From IMG/VR virus record IMGVR_UViG_3300017991_000164: a stretch of 45,582 bases of DNA, one strand, 5' to 3'. The notes under the pieces were generated by a model that was given only the letters and a program-made list of their open reading frames with translations, searched no databases and was not told the origin of the DNA. Below, one piece after another: positions 23,164-31,940 of this stretch (positions are counted from its first letter, which is position 1; every line of letters begins with the position of its first letter). The stretch is from a virus. The position numbers and the translations under genes are program-made.

Positions 23164-23238
23164 CCCCACCACGGGAACCTTTCTTCTCCCATCCCCACAC
23201 TGGGACTTCTTCTCCTCTGAACCCGTGGTGGGGTTTTT
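23164..23238 (+). terminator. Terminator-like hairpin with long loop
   Basis: CCCCACCACGGG (23164-23175) pairs perfectly with CCCGTGGTGGGG (23222-23233). The loop is 46 nt and TTTTT follows. Confidence 0.5.
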
Positions 23239-23262
23239 ACCACCAGGGACTGGAGTGTGGAA

Positions 23263-23520
23263 ATGACTGCCATCCCCCTCCTATGGTTCTTTGGCACCCT
23301 TTTTCTTCTCCTCGCCATCACTGCTTGGAGCGTCCGAGGAAAGAAGTTCTCTTGTAGTGTGATTGAGAGGTCAACCTTTCTCTCTACCTTTGACAAGGCT
23401 AGACTCATCGCAGAGATAAAAGGAGTCCCTTATGGTGATGAGCTAAGTCAACAACAACGAAAGAGTCTAAAAGCCAGATGGAAGAAAGAAAAGAGCCGAA
23501 AACCTACATCGACCTCTTAG
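23263..23520 (+). CDS. Membrane protein (N-terminal TM), 85 aa
   Basis: ORF 23257..23520, where the track start is GTG. The ATG is at 23263. IPLLWFFGTLFLLLAITAW is a hydrophobic helix and the C-terminus is basic. Confidence 0.55.
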   Translation: MTAIPLLWFFGTLFLLLAITAWSVRGKKFSCSVIERSTFLSTFDKARLIAEIKGVPYGDELSQQQRKSLKARWKKEKSRKPTSTS

Positions 23521-23729
23521 GACATGAGTGGACAAGGCTGCCAGACGGAGCACCAGATCGTGGTGTCCTCTGCAAGAAGTGTGGAGCCTCTCTCACCAAC
23601 CAGTCTTGTCTTGTAGAATGTAAAGGATTTAGAGATGACAAAGAAAAGACACGTCCTCACAGTGAGGGAGAGAGAAAAACTACGATTGGGGAGAGTCCAG
23701 CAAGGGAGCTACAAGGTCAAAGTGAATGA
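23478..23729 (+). CDS. Doubtful ORF with CxxC motif, 83 aa
   Basis: ORF track only. No SD. It overlaps both neighbours (43 and 95 nt). Confidence 0.3.
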   Translation: MEERKEPKTYIDLLGHEWTRLPDGAPDRGVLCKKCGASLTNQSCLVECKGFRDDKEKTRPHSEGERKTTIGESPARELQGQSE

Positions 23730-23910
23730 GTACTGGAGGAAAGTCTGGAAGTGGCCATCCAAACAACACCTGAAGGACAAGACAATCGACGACTTCGCTG
23801 TGAAGTTCTCCAGCCAGCTCTATCGCTATGGCGTCACGGCAAGCGACCAAAGGCACATCCAAAACCTCAAGACGTTGCTTGATGACGTGATGGCTGATGC
23901 TTCGACCTGA
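23635..23910 (+). CDS. Hypothetical basic protein, 91 aa
   Basis: ORF track. AAAGGA SD. Confidence 0.6.
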   Translation: MTKKRHVLTVREREKLRLGRVQQGSYKVKVNEYWRKVWKWPSKQHLKDKTIDDFAVKFSSQLYRYGVTASDQRHIQNLKTLLDDVMADAST

Positions 23911-23913
23911 GCC

Positions 23914-23957
23914 TTCACTAAGTGAATGCTGTTCCGGCGCTGTGAGGCGTTAGACCC
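23914..23957 (+). promoter_or_regulatory. Recurrent early promoter/operator-like motif, copy B
   Basis: TTCACTAAGTGAATGCTGTTCCGGCGCTGTGAGGCGTTAGACCC lies upstream of the 23976 gene. Confidence 0.45.
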
Positions 23958-23975
23958 TTAGACACGAGGAAAAGA

Positions 23976-24230
23976 ATGAAGACCCTCAAAACCACAATCA
24001 GATACCACTTGAACCTTGCCCAGGCCCTGGACCCTTCCGAAGTGGCAGCCCTTGAAAATGCTCTTGTGACCTGGAACCAAAGCATCGAAGGGGTCGGTCT
24101 ACACCCAACAGATCAACGTCCGGTCGTGGACTTCTCCTGGGTCAAGACCCCCCACGAGGACGAGGTTGAGACTTTCGGTAATATTCTTGAAGCCATCGTA
24201 ACTGGCTTCATCTACGGAATGAGACAGTAA
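23976..24230 (+). CDS. Hypothetical protein, 84 aa
   Basis: ORF track. GAGGA SD. Confidence 0.6.
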   Translation: MKTLKTTIRYHLNLAQALDPSEVAALENALVTWNQSIEGVGLHPTDQRPVVDFSWVKTPHEDEVETFGNILEAIVTGFIYGMRQ

Positions 24231-24550
24231 TGCCCACAATCAACTTCACCGACGCCCAACGGGCTCAACTCATCGGTTGGCTCAACCGAGAGAAGGACTT
24301 TCTTCTCTCTATCGAGTCTCTAAGTCGTCGAGTCCTCCTGCCCAAAGCTACTGGAAGCATCAGCCTTATAGGAGCAGACCTCCAGCTCTGTATCGACCTT
24401 CGGGACAAGCTTCGATCTTCGGAGGAGTTGGTGGTCTTGACAGATGATGAGTGTGAAGCTCTCTTGGCTGTGGCTGAGTCAAACGAGTACGAGGACCGGA
24501 GGGAGCTGTGGGAGGGAGTCTCACAGGTCATCAGAGAGGCAAAAGGATGA
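24230..24550 (+). CDS. Hypothetical protein, 106 aa
   Basis: ORF track. TAATG overlap with the upstream gene. Confidence 0.6.
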   Translation: MPTINFTDAQRAQLIGWLNREKDFLLSIESLSRRVLLPKATGSISLIGADLQLCIDLRDKLRSSEELVVLTDDECEALLAVAESNEYEDRRELWEGVSQVIREAKG

Positions 24551-24732
24551 CCCTCGAAAGACCAACCCGTATTGATGAACTCACGTGTCACAAGTGTGGC
24601 TTCTCAGAGCTCTCACTCCAATACCGCAGGCATTTGGACAAACTTTTTGTGCACTGCCCTCGCTGTGACTACAACTGGTTTGAGGAGCCACTCATCGAAG
24701 ATCCAACAAGAAAACCCAAGAGTGAGAAGTGA
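24547..24732 (+). CDS. Zinc-ribbon protein (CxxC...CxxC), 61 aa
   Basis: ORF 24508..24732. The ATG at 24547 forms ATGA with the upstream stop. Motifs CHKCG...CPRCD. Confidence 0.55.
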   Translation: MTLERPTRIDELTCHKCGFSELSLQYRRHLDKLFVHCPRCDYNWFEEPLIEDPTRKPKSEK

Positions 24733-25199
24733 TCAAGCTCCCCATCATCTACTGCAACACAGCTCTCGGTCATGCCAAGACTGACGACGAGATGGAGTTC
24801 CTCCAAAACGCTGGAGTAACCCTCCTCTGTCGCATCCCCAACCGCGTCCGCACCATTGCAGACCGTCGTCCAGATGTGATTGCGGCTCTCCTTCGAGAGG
24901 ATCTCCAGCTACGCCAGTCTCTCAAGCCTTTCTTCCTCATCGCGGGAAAACAAGTCTACCTCTCGCACTGTGTTGTCAACGTCAGGGTGCGGAGAGCGGT
25001 AAAAAGATTCCTCGAAAGCACAGACTTCGAGCGACAAGAGACAGACCTCATTGAAGATTTGCATACCGAAATCCGAGACGCAGTAAAGTCCGTAAAAAGA
25101 GTCGTCTATCTAAATGGAGACCGCACCGACTGCCGAGTAGAGAATGTTCGCCAAGTACTTGACGGCCCGGTCGTAGAAGAAGATGTACAACTACATTAG
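24729..25199 (+). CDS. Hypothetical protein with degenerate HNH_3-like segment, 156 aa
   Basis: GTG start forming GTGA with the upstream stop. VYLNGDRTDCRVENVRQV resembles the H-x-NGD-x-x-DNR-x-x-NL signature, but the first His is missing. Confidence 0.45.
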   Translation: MIKLPIIYCNTALGHAKTDDEMEFLQNAGVTLLCRIPNRVRTIADRRPDVIAALLREDLQLRQSLKPFFLIAGKQVYLSHCVVNVRVRRAVKRFLESTDFERQETDLIEDLHTEIRDAVKSVKRVVYLNGDRTDCRVENVRQVLDGPVVEEDVQLH

Positions 25200-25419
25200 T
25201 CGCCACACAGCTCCTCGGACTGTCGAGTTTTACACTCCAACCCCACAAGGTCACCGTATAGTGAGGATCTACCTTGGAGACACCATCAATCCGCGAGTCC
25301 TTGCCTTCAACGAGAGCGACTGCAAGAGATCCCCCGCTCTTCTCTACATGGAGGAGCTAGAGACTCTTATCAAACGTGCATGTGGAATTATTGGAGAACC
25401 ACAAGATGAAGATCATTGA
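25183..25419 (+). CDS. Hypothetical protein, 78 aa
   Basis: ORF track. 17-nt overlap with the upstream gene. Confidence 0.5.
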   Translation: MYNYISRHTAPRTVEFYTPTPQGHRIVRIYLGDTINPRVLAFNESDCKRSPALLYMEELETLIKRACGIIGEPQDEDH

Positions 25420-25819
25420 TGACCAGGAAGTAAAGTCGAGGGTACAGGAAGAGACCAAAGTCGTCGGTATCGCGACATACCCTCAGTACGATAGTCTCGA
25501 CGAAGCCGTCAACCATCCCGACTATGGTATGGGAGAGGCTCGCATTCTTGAACTCCTCAACGCACAGGTGAGGACGAATGCGATGAACGAGGTTCGTCAC
25601 GCAGCCGTCAAAGGCCCCTCGAAGAAACGTCTCCGCGAGCGTGCCACAGGTGAACTGTTCAGCGACATGGCGAACAGCCCAGGGGACTATAGCCATCTCG
25701 TTGGGGATGAGGCTGCCGTGCAGCGTGAGATCCAGCGTCGAATGGATGCGATCGAGGCCGGGATGAAGGCTTCGGTTGGTGCACCCGCCGAGGAGCCTGA
25801 GGACGAAGACGAAGACTAA
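25406..25819 (+). CDS. Hypothetical protein with acidic tail, 137 aa
   Basis: ORF 25376..25819. The ATG at 25406 is preceded by a GGAGAA SD. Confidence 0.6.
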   Translation: MKIIDDQEVKSRVQEETKVVGIATYPQYDSLDEAVNHPDYGMGEARILELLNAQVRTNAMNEVRHAAVKGPSKKRLRERATGELFSDMANSPGDYSHLVGDEAAVQREIQRRMDAIEAGMKASVGAPAEEPEDEDED

Positions 25820-25840
25820 ACTCCTTCCTCTCTCCAGTCC

Positions 25841-25874
25841 GCTCTTCCCAGGAGAAATCTTGGGGAGAGCTTTT
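25841..25874 (+). terminator. Weak intrinsic terminator
   Basis: 9-bp stem GCTCTTCCC / GGGGAGAGC with a 12-nt loop, followed by TTTT directly before the next ATG. Confidence 0.45.
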
Positions 25875-26102
25875 ATGCGACCTGTTCTCGACAACTTCAC
25901 TCCCTTCACCCTCGCCAAGCTCAAAGAAGCTCGCCACTCTCGTGAGCTTTTCTTCCTTGAGCCCGAAGCCGAAAAACCCAAGAGGAAGAAGACCTCAACC
26001 CCAAAGAAGAAAAAGATGACGCTTGACAAGAAGGGAATGGATGCCCTTGAGAAGATGCCCCCTGAGATGAGGGAGCAGATGAAAAAGATGATGGGACTTT
26101 AG
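25875..26102 (+). CDS. Hypothetical Lys-rich protein, 75 aa
   Basis: ORF 25776..26102. The first ATG after the terminator is at 25875. Confidence 0.5.
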   Translation: MRPVLDNFTPFTLAKLKEARHSRELFFLEPEAEKPKRKKTSTPKKKKMTLDKKGMDALEKMPPEMREQMKKMMGL

Positions 26103-26121
26103 AGATGAACGGAGTCAAACC

Positions 26122-26583
26122 ATGCAGTCAGAAGGGGTGGTTTCACAGGAGGAAAGGAATCGAGTCCATCGACTTGTGTGCACCTTCCTCCCACCATCGT
26201 TTGATCGAGACTTTATCACTGACACAATAATCCTCCACAGTTGGGAGGCTGGAGTCGAGTCCGTAAGCCGTTCCTATGTCCGCCATAAGTGTATCAGTGA
26301 ATGGCGTCACCAAAAGCGTGAAGAACGTCGAAATGAGGAGATGGTCCATGTCCTCTACATCCTCCGAACCGAACCTCCAAAAGCCTCCACCCCAATCGAG
26401 CTTAAGACGACTGTGGAGAAAGCCGTCAAGGCTCTATCGCCTATTGAGCGTAGGATTATCTGGCTGCGTTTTTACGCCGGTAAGACGCTTGAAGAGACTT
26501 CAGCCGAAACAGGACTCAAAAGAGAGACTGTCCAACAGCTCTTGAAAAACTCCCTCTACAAGATGCGGGTGGAGCTTACATAG
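26122..26583 (+). CDS. Sigma-70 family (ECF-like) sigma factor, 153 aa
   Basis: The C-terminal LSPIERRIIWLRFYAGKTLEETSAETGLKRETVQQLLKNSLYKMRVEL is a classic region-4 HTH. The N-terminal half is compatible with region 2. Confidence 0.7.
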   Translation: MQSEGVVSQEERNRVHRLVCTFLPPSFDRDFITDTIILHSWEAGVESVSRSYVRHKCISEWRHQKREERRNEEMVHVLYILRTEPPKASTPIELKTTVEKAVKALSPIERRIIWLRFYAGKTLEETSAETGLKRETVQQLLKNSLYKMRVELT

Positions 26584-26592
26584 GACAACGAA

Positions 26593-26829
26593 ATGGAACT
26601 TCGAGATCTTCCAACAAAAGACCTCATCGAAGAGTTGAAAGCCCGAGACGGTCTTAGCCCTTTTTGCATGTGCTATATCCAAAGGGACGCCTTCCACATC
26701 GTCTTGAAGGGTGATCCTTTCCTCAATCGAAACCTCATTGAGGAGTTGAAAGAGGAAAATGAGAAGCTGGTAAAGCTCCGGCTGGAAGAAAAAGACAGGG
26801 ATCAAATGTCGTTATTCAAAGGAACCTAG
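26593..26829 (+). CDS. Hypothetical protein, 78 aa
   Basis: ORF track. It ends in ...KGT-TAG inside the 19-nt repeat AAAGGAACCTAGAAATGCC. Confidence 0.55.
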   Translation: MELRDLPTKDLIEELKARDGLSPFCMCYIQRDAFHIVLKGDPFLNRNLIEELKEENEKLVKLRLEEKDRDQMSLFKGT

Positions 26830-26831
26830 AA

Positions 26832-27065
26832 ATGCCGATACCAAAGAAAGAATATGTAGCTCTATTGAGAAATCACATTGGCGATGACCCAAAACCAAAA
26901 ACCTACTGGAGTACAGTCTATCGGATCGGAGGTGGATGGTTCACGTCTGAGACGTCTCAGAATATTGACAAAGGGCGAATCATCATAATCTTTCGACTCC
27001 CTCTAGAGAAGGATATAGACTGGAGATCAGATCATCTTACACTCGATAGAGTGAAAGGAACCTAG
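26832..27065 (+). CDS. Hypothetical protein, 77 aa
   Basis: ORF track. It starts and ends within copies of the 19-nt junction repeat. Confidence 0.55.
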   Translation: MPIPKKEYVALLRNHIGDDPKPKTYWSTVYRIGGGWFTSETSQNIDKGRIIIIFRLPLEKDIDWRSDHLTLDRVKGT

Positions 27066-27067
27066 AA

Positions 27068-28096
27068 ATGCCCGAACCAAAGTACGCCCCACGTCGTTAT
27101 CTCTCAATCTCAACCCTTATCGAGTACGCTCGATGTCCGCGGCGATACTTCTACCGTAAGTGTGGACTCAGAACCCCAGGAGTTGCCATCGCTCCCATCT
27201 ATGGCCAGGCCATGCACAAAGCCGTCCCCGTTGCCCTTCTCACGGAAGACATCGACAAGGCTTTCGCTGCGTTCTTGAGCGTGTGGGAAGACGCCGAGAA
27301 GGCTCTCTTCAACGAAGCCATCAAGGCGGGAGAGGCGGCTGATGACCCCACCAAGATCAAGCTCGTCGACCCCAAGCGAAATCGTGGGCGTGCACGACTC
27401 GCCCTCATGCACTTCATCCACACTCACGCAAACGGAAAGTCAATCTACAACCTCATCGACCCTCCCGAGGGGGGAATCCAGACTGACGATAAAGTCTCTG
27501 ACATGGAACTGGCGTGGGCTATTGACATTGGTCTCCCTGTACCACTCGTGGGACGAATTGATGGCCTCTGTAAGCACCGTGACACCGGACAGAAGTGGGT
27601 TTGGGAACTCAAGACAGCCTCCCGAGTCAATGCTCAATTGATGGACGCCCACGAGATGTACCCTCAAACCCTCACTTATGTCCTCGTTGCTCGGATGTAT
27701 GGTGTGGAGGTCGAGGGAGTGATGCTTGAGGCGATGTTGGTCGACAAGAACAAGGTCGACAACATGGCTCAGCCTGTTCCGGTGATGCAACATCATCTCG
27801 ATGACATCATGATTTGGCTTCAGACAGTTGGTGGTAGTCTTCTACAAGCAGAAAAAGATTATATGGGCTCTGAATGCAGTACCTTTGGAGCAGATTGTTT
27901 CCTGAAAAACTTCACCGGCTGCACCCCCTACGTCCACTACTACATGCCAATGTTCCCTTGCGAGTACATGGACCTCTGCAAGGCAGAAGACTGGAAGTCC
28001 ATGACTGATCTCTATGAAGTGAGTGAGGAACATGACTTCCTCAAAGAATCCTTCCCTTCCGACATCTCAGGTGACGCAGTTCGCAAAATGGTTTAG
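27068..28096 (+). CDS. PD-(D/E)XK nuclease, Cas4/RecB-like exonuclease, 342 aa
   Basis: N-terminal Cys (YARCPRRYFY). Core motif RIDGL...VWELKT (D...E-x-K). The C-terminal Cys triad (GCTPY...FPCEYMDLC) suggests a Cas4-like Fe-S cluster. Confidence 0.8.
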   Translation: MPEPKYAPRRYLSISTLIEYARCPRRYFYRKCGLRTPGVAIAPIYGQAMHKAVPVALLTEDIDKAFAAFLSVWEDAEKALFNEAIKAGEAADDPTKIKLVDPKRNRGRARLALMHFIHTHANGKSIYNLIDPPEGGIQTDDKVSDMELAWAIDIGLPVPLVGRIDGLCKHRDTGQKWVWELKTASRVNAQLMDAHEMYPQTLTYVLVARMYGVEVEGVMLEAMLVDKNKVDNMAQPVPVMQHHLDDIMIWLQTVGGSLLQAEKDYMGSECSTFGADCFLKNFTGCTPYVHYYMPMFPCEYMDLCKAEDWKSMTDLYEVSEEHDFLKESFPSDISGDAVRKMV

Positions 28097-28328
28097 TGCT
28101 CTTGGATCACCACAACGCGTACAGATACTTACCTATCTGCTCAATTGTGATGAGCCAGAAGTCCCGAGCGCCGTCGGACTAAGGATGGACACAACCGTTC
28201 AGATAGCCTCCTACCACTTGGTGAGAATGCACAACGTAGGTCTCCTTGACCGACAACAATCAGGAAGGTTTACGTTTTACTCAGTGAATGAAGATGCAAG
28301 AAAAGAGCTGAAGGAGTTTTTTGAGTGA
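28023..28328 (+). CDS. ArsR-family winged-HTH regulator (start uncertain; GTG at 28071 plausible)
   Basis: LGSPQRVQILTYLL...VQIASYHLVRMHNVGLLDRQQSGRFTFYSV fits the ArsR/SmtB wHTH pattern. The ORF overlaps the nuclease 3' end. Confidence 0.65.
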   Translation: MRNMTSSKNPSLPTSQVTQFAKWFSALGSPQRVQILTYLLNCDEPEVPSAVGLRMDTTVQIASYHLVRMHNVGLLDRQQSGRFTFYSVNEDARKELKEFFE

Positions 28329-28726
28329 GGAAAGACATCAAAGAAATCTCCTTCTGTTACCTTCCTGAGCCTTTTTGGACAGGAACATACAGCATCCACG
28401 ATGAGGTCCCCTTCGAGCCTCACCTAATCCACCTCTATGGCTACTACGCTGATGGTCTACTCACGGTAGACTTCCCAGGGGAGGTCTTCAAGGATTGGCC
28501 AAGTGCCAGTATATCAATCCTGAAGGACGCAGCCCAACTCGGTGCAACCATCGAAATCGAGCCAACTGGTAGGGAACCACCTCCGGTGTTGGCATTCCTG
28601 ACCGCAGTGAAAAAGAACCTTGGTATGGACGAAATCAAGGTCAAGGGACCTCTGTGTGAGGGAATGTTCAAAAGAGACATCTGCCTCACAATAACTGGCG
28701 AATCAAGCCTAGCAATAAGAGAGTAA
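28325..28726 (+). CDS. Hypothetical protein, 133 aa
   Basis: ORF track. GTG start forming GTGA with the upstream stop. Confidence 0.55.
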   Translation: MRKDIKEISFCYLPEPFWTGTYSIHDEVPFEPHLIHLYGYYADGLLTVDFPGEVFKDWPSASISILKDAAQLGATIEIEPTGREPPPVLAFLTAVKKNLGMDEIKVKGPLCEGMFKRDICLTITGESSLAIRE

Positions 28727-28730
28727 CGGA

Positions 28731-29537
28731 ATGAAACCATCCGAGCTAACAAGAAAGCCTCCAAAGATCCTGATCTACGGCCCTCCAGGCCTCGGCAAGA
28801 CTTCCCTTTTCATGACCCTTGGTGAAAAGGCCCAACTCCTCGACCTCGATGGGAATGCCGATGTTGCCCTTGGTCTGAAGGACAACCTCCACGCTGAGAG
28901 AATGGAATGCGACGTAAGGCAAATCCTCGAAGACGACCCAGCCGGAAAGGCTACTGTCTTCGCAAGGGCAAAGAAGTATATCTATGGACTTCCTGGGGAG
29001 ATCAAAAAAGGAAACTTCCCCTTCGATGCTTTCGGACTTGATTCCCTCACATCTCTTGCAGTAGCGTGTCAAGACTATGTGATGGCTAACAGCGGGAGGC
29101 TAGGCCAGAATCCAGAGATTCAACACTGGGGCCTTATCATCACTGAGATTGCCAACGTTGTAAAGGCCTTGAAAGGTCTCCCAATCCCAACCTTCATCCT
29201 CGCTCACGAAGAAGTGATTGTCCCCGAGGGTGGTGGAGAGGACAACCTTGCGAAGATCCAAATCGCCATCCCAGGCCGAAAGCTCCCAGGCCAGATCACT
29301 CGTCAATTTAGCGAGATCTGGTACTTGAAGATGCGAGCCTCTGGCCAGGGCAAACACGAAATCTTAATCCAGACCCTCGCCACCCAGATAATCACCTGCC
29401 GCTCCGGTCGTGGCCTCGCAACTGGTCGAAAGATCGCAACCCTCAATCCCAAGGCCTCCACAACTGACTCTGTGTCGATGTGGATGCTTCTCAAAGAGAT
29501 TGGATGGATACCAGCGATAAAGGAGAAAACGAGTTGA
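28731..29537 (+). CDS. AAA_24 / Sak4-like RecA-fold ATPase (recombination), 268 aa
   Basis: Walker A ILIYGPPGLGKTS near the N-terminus is followed by LLDLDGN. Size and context (nuclease upstream, DUF669-like downstream) are typical of Sak4-type modules. Confidence 0.75.
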   Translation: MKPSELTRKPPKILIYGPPGLGKTSLFMTLGEKAQLLDLDGNADVALGLKDNLHAERMECDVRQILEDDPAGKATVFARAKKYIYGLPGEIKKGNFPFDAFGLDSLTSLAVACQDYVMANSGRLGQNPEIQHWGLIITEIANVVKALKGLPIPTFILAHEEVIVPEGGGEDNLAKIQIAIPGRKLPGQITRQFSEIWYLKMRASGQGKHEILIQTLATQIITCRSGRGLATGRKIATLNPKASTTDSVSMWMLLKEIGWIPAIKEKTS

Positions 29538-29605
29538 CCTAGTGTAAAGACCAAAATGAGTGAACCACCTTTGGCTGATCTAATCTTTTCAACAGGAAAC
29601 AACAA

Positions 29606-30004
29606 ATGTCCCCTTTGATTGACCTAAACCTTGACGAGACACCCGATGACATCCCACTGGTCACCCCCGGCGTCAAGACCTTTGATGTCCTAGACATTGA
29701 AGTGCAACAGAATGCCGAGGGAGAAGACGTCCAGGTAGTCTCCCTCCAAGTGAACATGCCAGACACTGAAGACCACGAGCGTCGCCTCTGGGATCGCTTT
29801 AACTTCAAGTATGAACAGCAACGGGTGAAGTTCAAGCAGTTCTGCAAGTCTGCCGGCATCAGCAGTGGACAGCCCGATTCCGCAGACCTGATCGGTGCCA
29901 CTGTGAAGGCCATCGTCAAGCCTCGTACCTATCAGGACAAGGACACCGGCGAGACGATGGAAGCCCGCAACGTCCAGAAGTACCTCTTCGACGCTGAAGG
30001 CTAG
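29606..30004 (+). CDS. DUF669-like protein (SSB-like partner of AAA_24 ATPases), 132 aa
   Basis: Size, acidic N-terminus and position directly after the AAA_24 gene support the call. The motif-level resemblance is from memory only. Confidence 0.5.
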   Translation: MSPLIDLNLDETPDDIPLVTPGVKTFDVLDIEVQQNAEGEDVQVVSLQVNMPDTEDHERRLWDRFNFKYEQQRVKFKQFCKSAGISSGQPDSADLIGATVKAIVKPRTYQDKDTGETMEARNVQKYLFDAEG

Positions 30005-30022
30005 TGACATCCTCCACCTCCC

Positions 30023-30059
30023 GGACCAGGGGAAGCGAAAGCTCCCTTGGTCCTTTATT
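30023..30059 (+). terminator. Intrinsic terminator
   Basis: 13-bp stem GGACCAGGGG(A)AGC / GCTCCCTTGGTCC with a GAAA loop, followed by TTTATT. Confidence 0.7.
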
Positions 30060-30077
30060 CTTGCTAAAGGAGAAAAG

Positions 30078-31352
30078 ATGACCTTCACAGTCCATCTTCG
30101 AGACATCATTGTCCCACGTGATCGAGCTCGAAAGACCTTCACCCGCATCGCGGAGATGGCAGAGTCCATCAAAAAGCTCGGCTTGATCCATCCAATCGTC
30201 GTCGCCCCGGCCGATCAAGAAGGGAAGTACATCTTGGTGGCTGGAGAACGACGCTACAAAGGTGCGATCCTCGCAGGAGTGGCTGAGGTCCCTGCAACCC
30301 TTCGTGAGGATGATCCACTTCTCCTTGCTGAGATCGAATACGAGGAGAACGTCTGCCGAGCGGACATTTCCTTTGAGGAAGAAGGAGAATGTTTCACTAA
30401 GATCCTTGAGCTCCGAAAGCAGAAGGACAAGAGCTGGAGTATTGAGAAGACAGCGAACCTCCTGAACCGCTCTGTTGGAGATGTAGCCTCTAAGATCAGT
30501 ATCAACAAGAAGTATAAGGAACGTCCTGATCTAAAGGCTGCTTGTGAGGGAATGCCTCTCCATGCAGCGGAGAAAAAGATCAAGCAAATCGAAGAAGCAG
30601 AGAAGGTTCAACGGCTCAGGGACCAAGGTTCAATTACTCTCTCGACTGACCTCCACCACGGGGATTGTCTCAAGCTCATCAAAAAGGTCGAGACAGCTTC
30701 TGTGACAATGCTCTTGACTGACCCACCCTATGGCCTTGAAAAGATGGAGGCTCTCCGCAAACCAGGCTCGGATAAGCTGATTGGTCATAGCCTGATGAGT
30801 GAGACCCACAACCTTACCCTGGAGGAAGTCAAGAAGCTCCTAAAGGCCCTTGCACCAGAGTTTCACAGGGTTTTGAAGCCTGGGTCGCACTTCTACATGT
30901 TTTGTGGCTTCCAGTACGTTGGAGATTTCATCGAGTCTCTCAAACCCTATCTTGAGTTCCAGCCTCCTCTCTTGGTATGGGACCGAGGGAAACCCTCATC
31001 TCCCGGCTATGGCTACAACTATCTCTCAAAGTGTGAGGCCATCATCTATGGTCACAAGCCCCCTCGTGGAAGGCGTCTCAATGAGCAAAAATACAACCTT
31101 ATTGAGTGTCCCGATGTTCCACGGAACCTCCGTCGATACCCCACAGAGAAACCTATCCCACTACTGATGACCCTCATCCAACAGTCGTCAACCCACGGAG
31201 ACATTGTCCTCGACCCATTTGCGGGTTCAGCCTCAACACTCGTTGCTGCGAGAAAAGCTGGACGAAAGGCGATTGGGTTCGAGATTGACCATCAAGCTTT
31301 TCTAAGGTCTCAACAAAGGCTCACAGAGCCAGAAAGTGAAGAAACGACATGA
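30078..31352 (+). CDS. ParB-like nuclease domain fused to N6A/N4C DNA methyltransferase, 424 aa
   Basis: N-terminal ParB/Srx-like segment IHPIVVAP...YILVAGERRYKGAILAG. C-terminal methyltransferase motif IV LLTDPPYG and motif I VLDPFAGSASTLVAARKAGRKAIGFEID. Confidence 0.85.
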   Translation: MTFTVHLRDIIVPRDRARKTFTRIAEMAESIKKLGLIHPIVVAPADQEGKYILVAGERRYKGAILAGVAEVPATLREDDPLLLAEIEYEENVCRADISFEEEGECFTKILELRKQKDKSWSIEKTANLLNRSVGDVASKISINKKYKERPDLKAACEGMPLHAAEKKIKQIEEAEKVQRLRDQGSITLSTDLHHGDCLKLIKKVETASVTMLLTDPPYGLEKMEALRKPGSDKLIGHSLMSETHNLTLEEVKKLLKALAPEFHRVLKPGSHFYMFCGFQYVGDFIESLKPYLEFQPPLLVWDRGKPSSPGYGYNYLSKCEAIIYGHKPPRGRRLNEQKYNLIECPDVPRNLRRYPTEKPIPLLMTLIQQSSTHGDIVLDPFAGSASTLVAARKAGRKAIGFEIDHQAFLRSQQRLTEPESEETT

Positions 31353-31699
31353 CGAACTATAAGGTTGTAAATGATCTTCATTCACTTGTTGATGCTGCAC
31401 AGGCAATCTTCGTTGAGAAGGACAACATTATCCATGCGAAGGTCACAATGATAGACGACCTCCAGCACCAGCTTGCCGAGTGCCAGCAGCATGAGCCAAA
31501 GACCGTGGGTCTGGAGTATGGTTACCTCCGAGATGGCATGTCCCTCCGCGACTGGTTCGCGGGGCAGGCGATGGCAAACGTGGTGACGTGGAAGGACTGC
31601 GGTGAGCCAGACGAAGTGATATCGCTGGCGATTGCCGCCTACGACATCGCCGACGCCATGATCGCCGAGAAGCGACGAAGGGAGGCCAGAGATGACTGA
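31349..31699 (+). CDS. Hypothetical protein, 116 aa
   Basis: ORF track. ATGA overlap with the methyltransferase stop. Confidence 0.6.
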   Translation: MTNYKVVNDLHSLVDAAQAIFVEKDNIIHAKVTMIDDLQHQLAECQQHEPKTVGLEYGYLRDGMSLRDWFAGQAMANVVTWKDCGEPDEVISLAIAAYDIADAMIAEKRRREARDD

Positions 31700-31940
31700 C
31701 CCCACACCCGCCGCGATGAGAGCGGCAGATGAGTTGATTGAATGCATGAATCTGCCAACGAAGTACCGTGATAGGTTGGCTGAACTCATCAACCGTGAGA
31801 CTACCCTGCCGCAGTTGCTGGAGGCGTTGCGGAAAATCCGCGACGAGGACTACGGGGAAATCGACGGACGCTTTATCAATAGAGCCCCGCAATGGGTAGC
31901 CGGGCAAGCCCTCGCCGATTACGAGAAAGGCGGTTCTTGA
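31692..31940 (+). CDS. Hypothetical protein, 82 aa
   Basis: ORF track. GGGAGG SD. Confidence 0.55.
   Translation: MTDPTPAAMRAADELIECMNLPTKYRDRLAELINRETTLPQLLEALRKIRDEDYGEIDGRFINRAPQWVAGQALADYEKGGS

Noticed and set aside
25388-26029. 213-aa minus-strand ORF
   Set aside because: It is antisense to SD-led plus-strand genes and a terminator. It has no SD.
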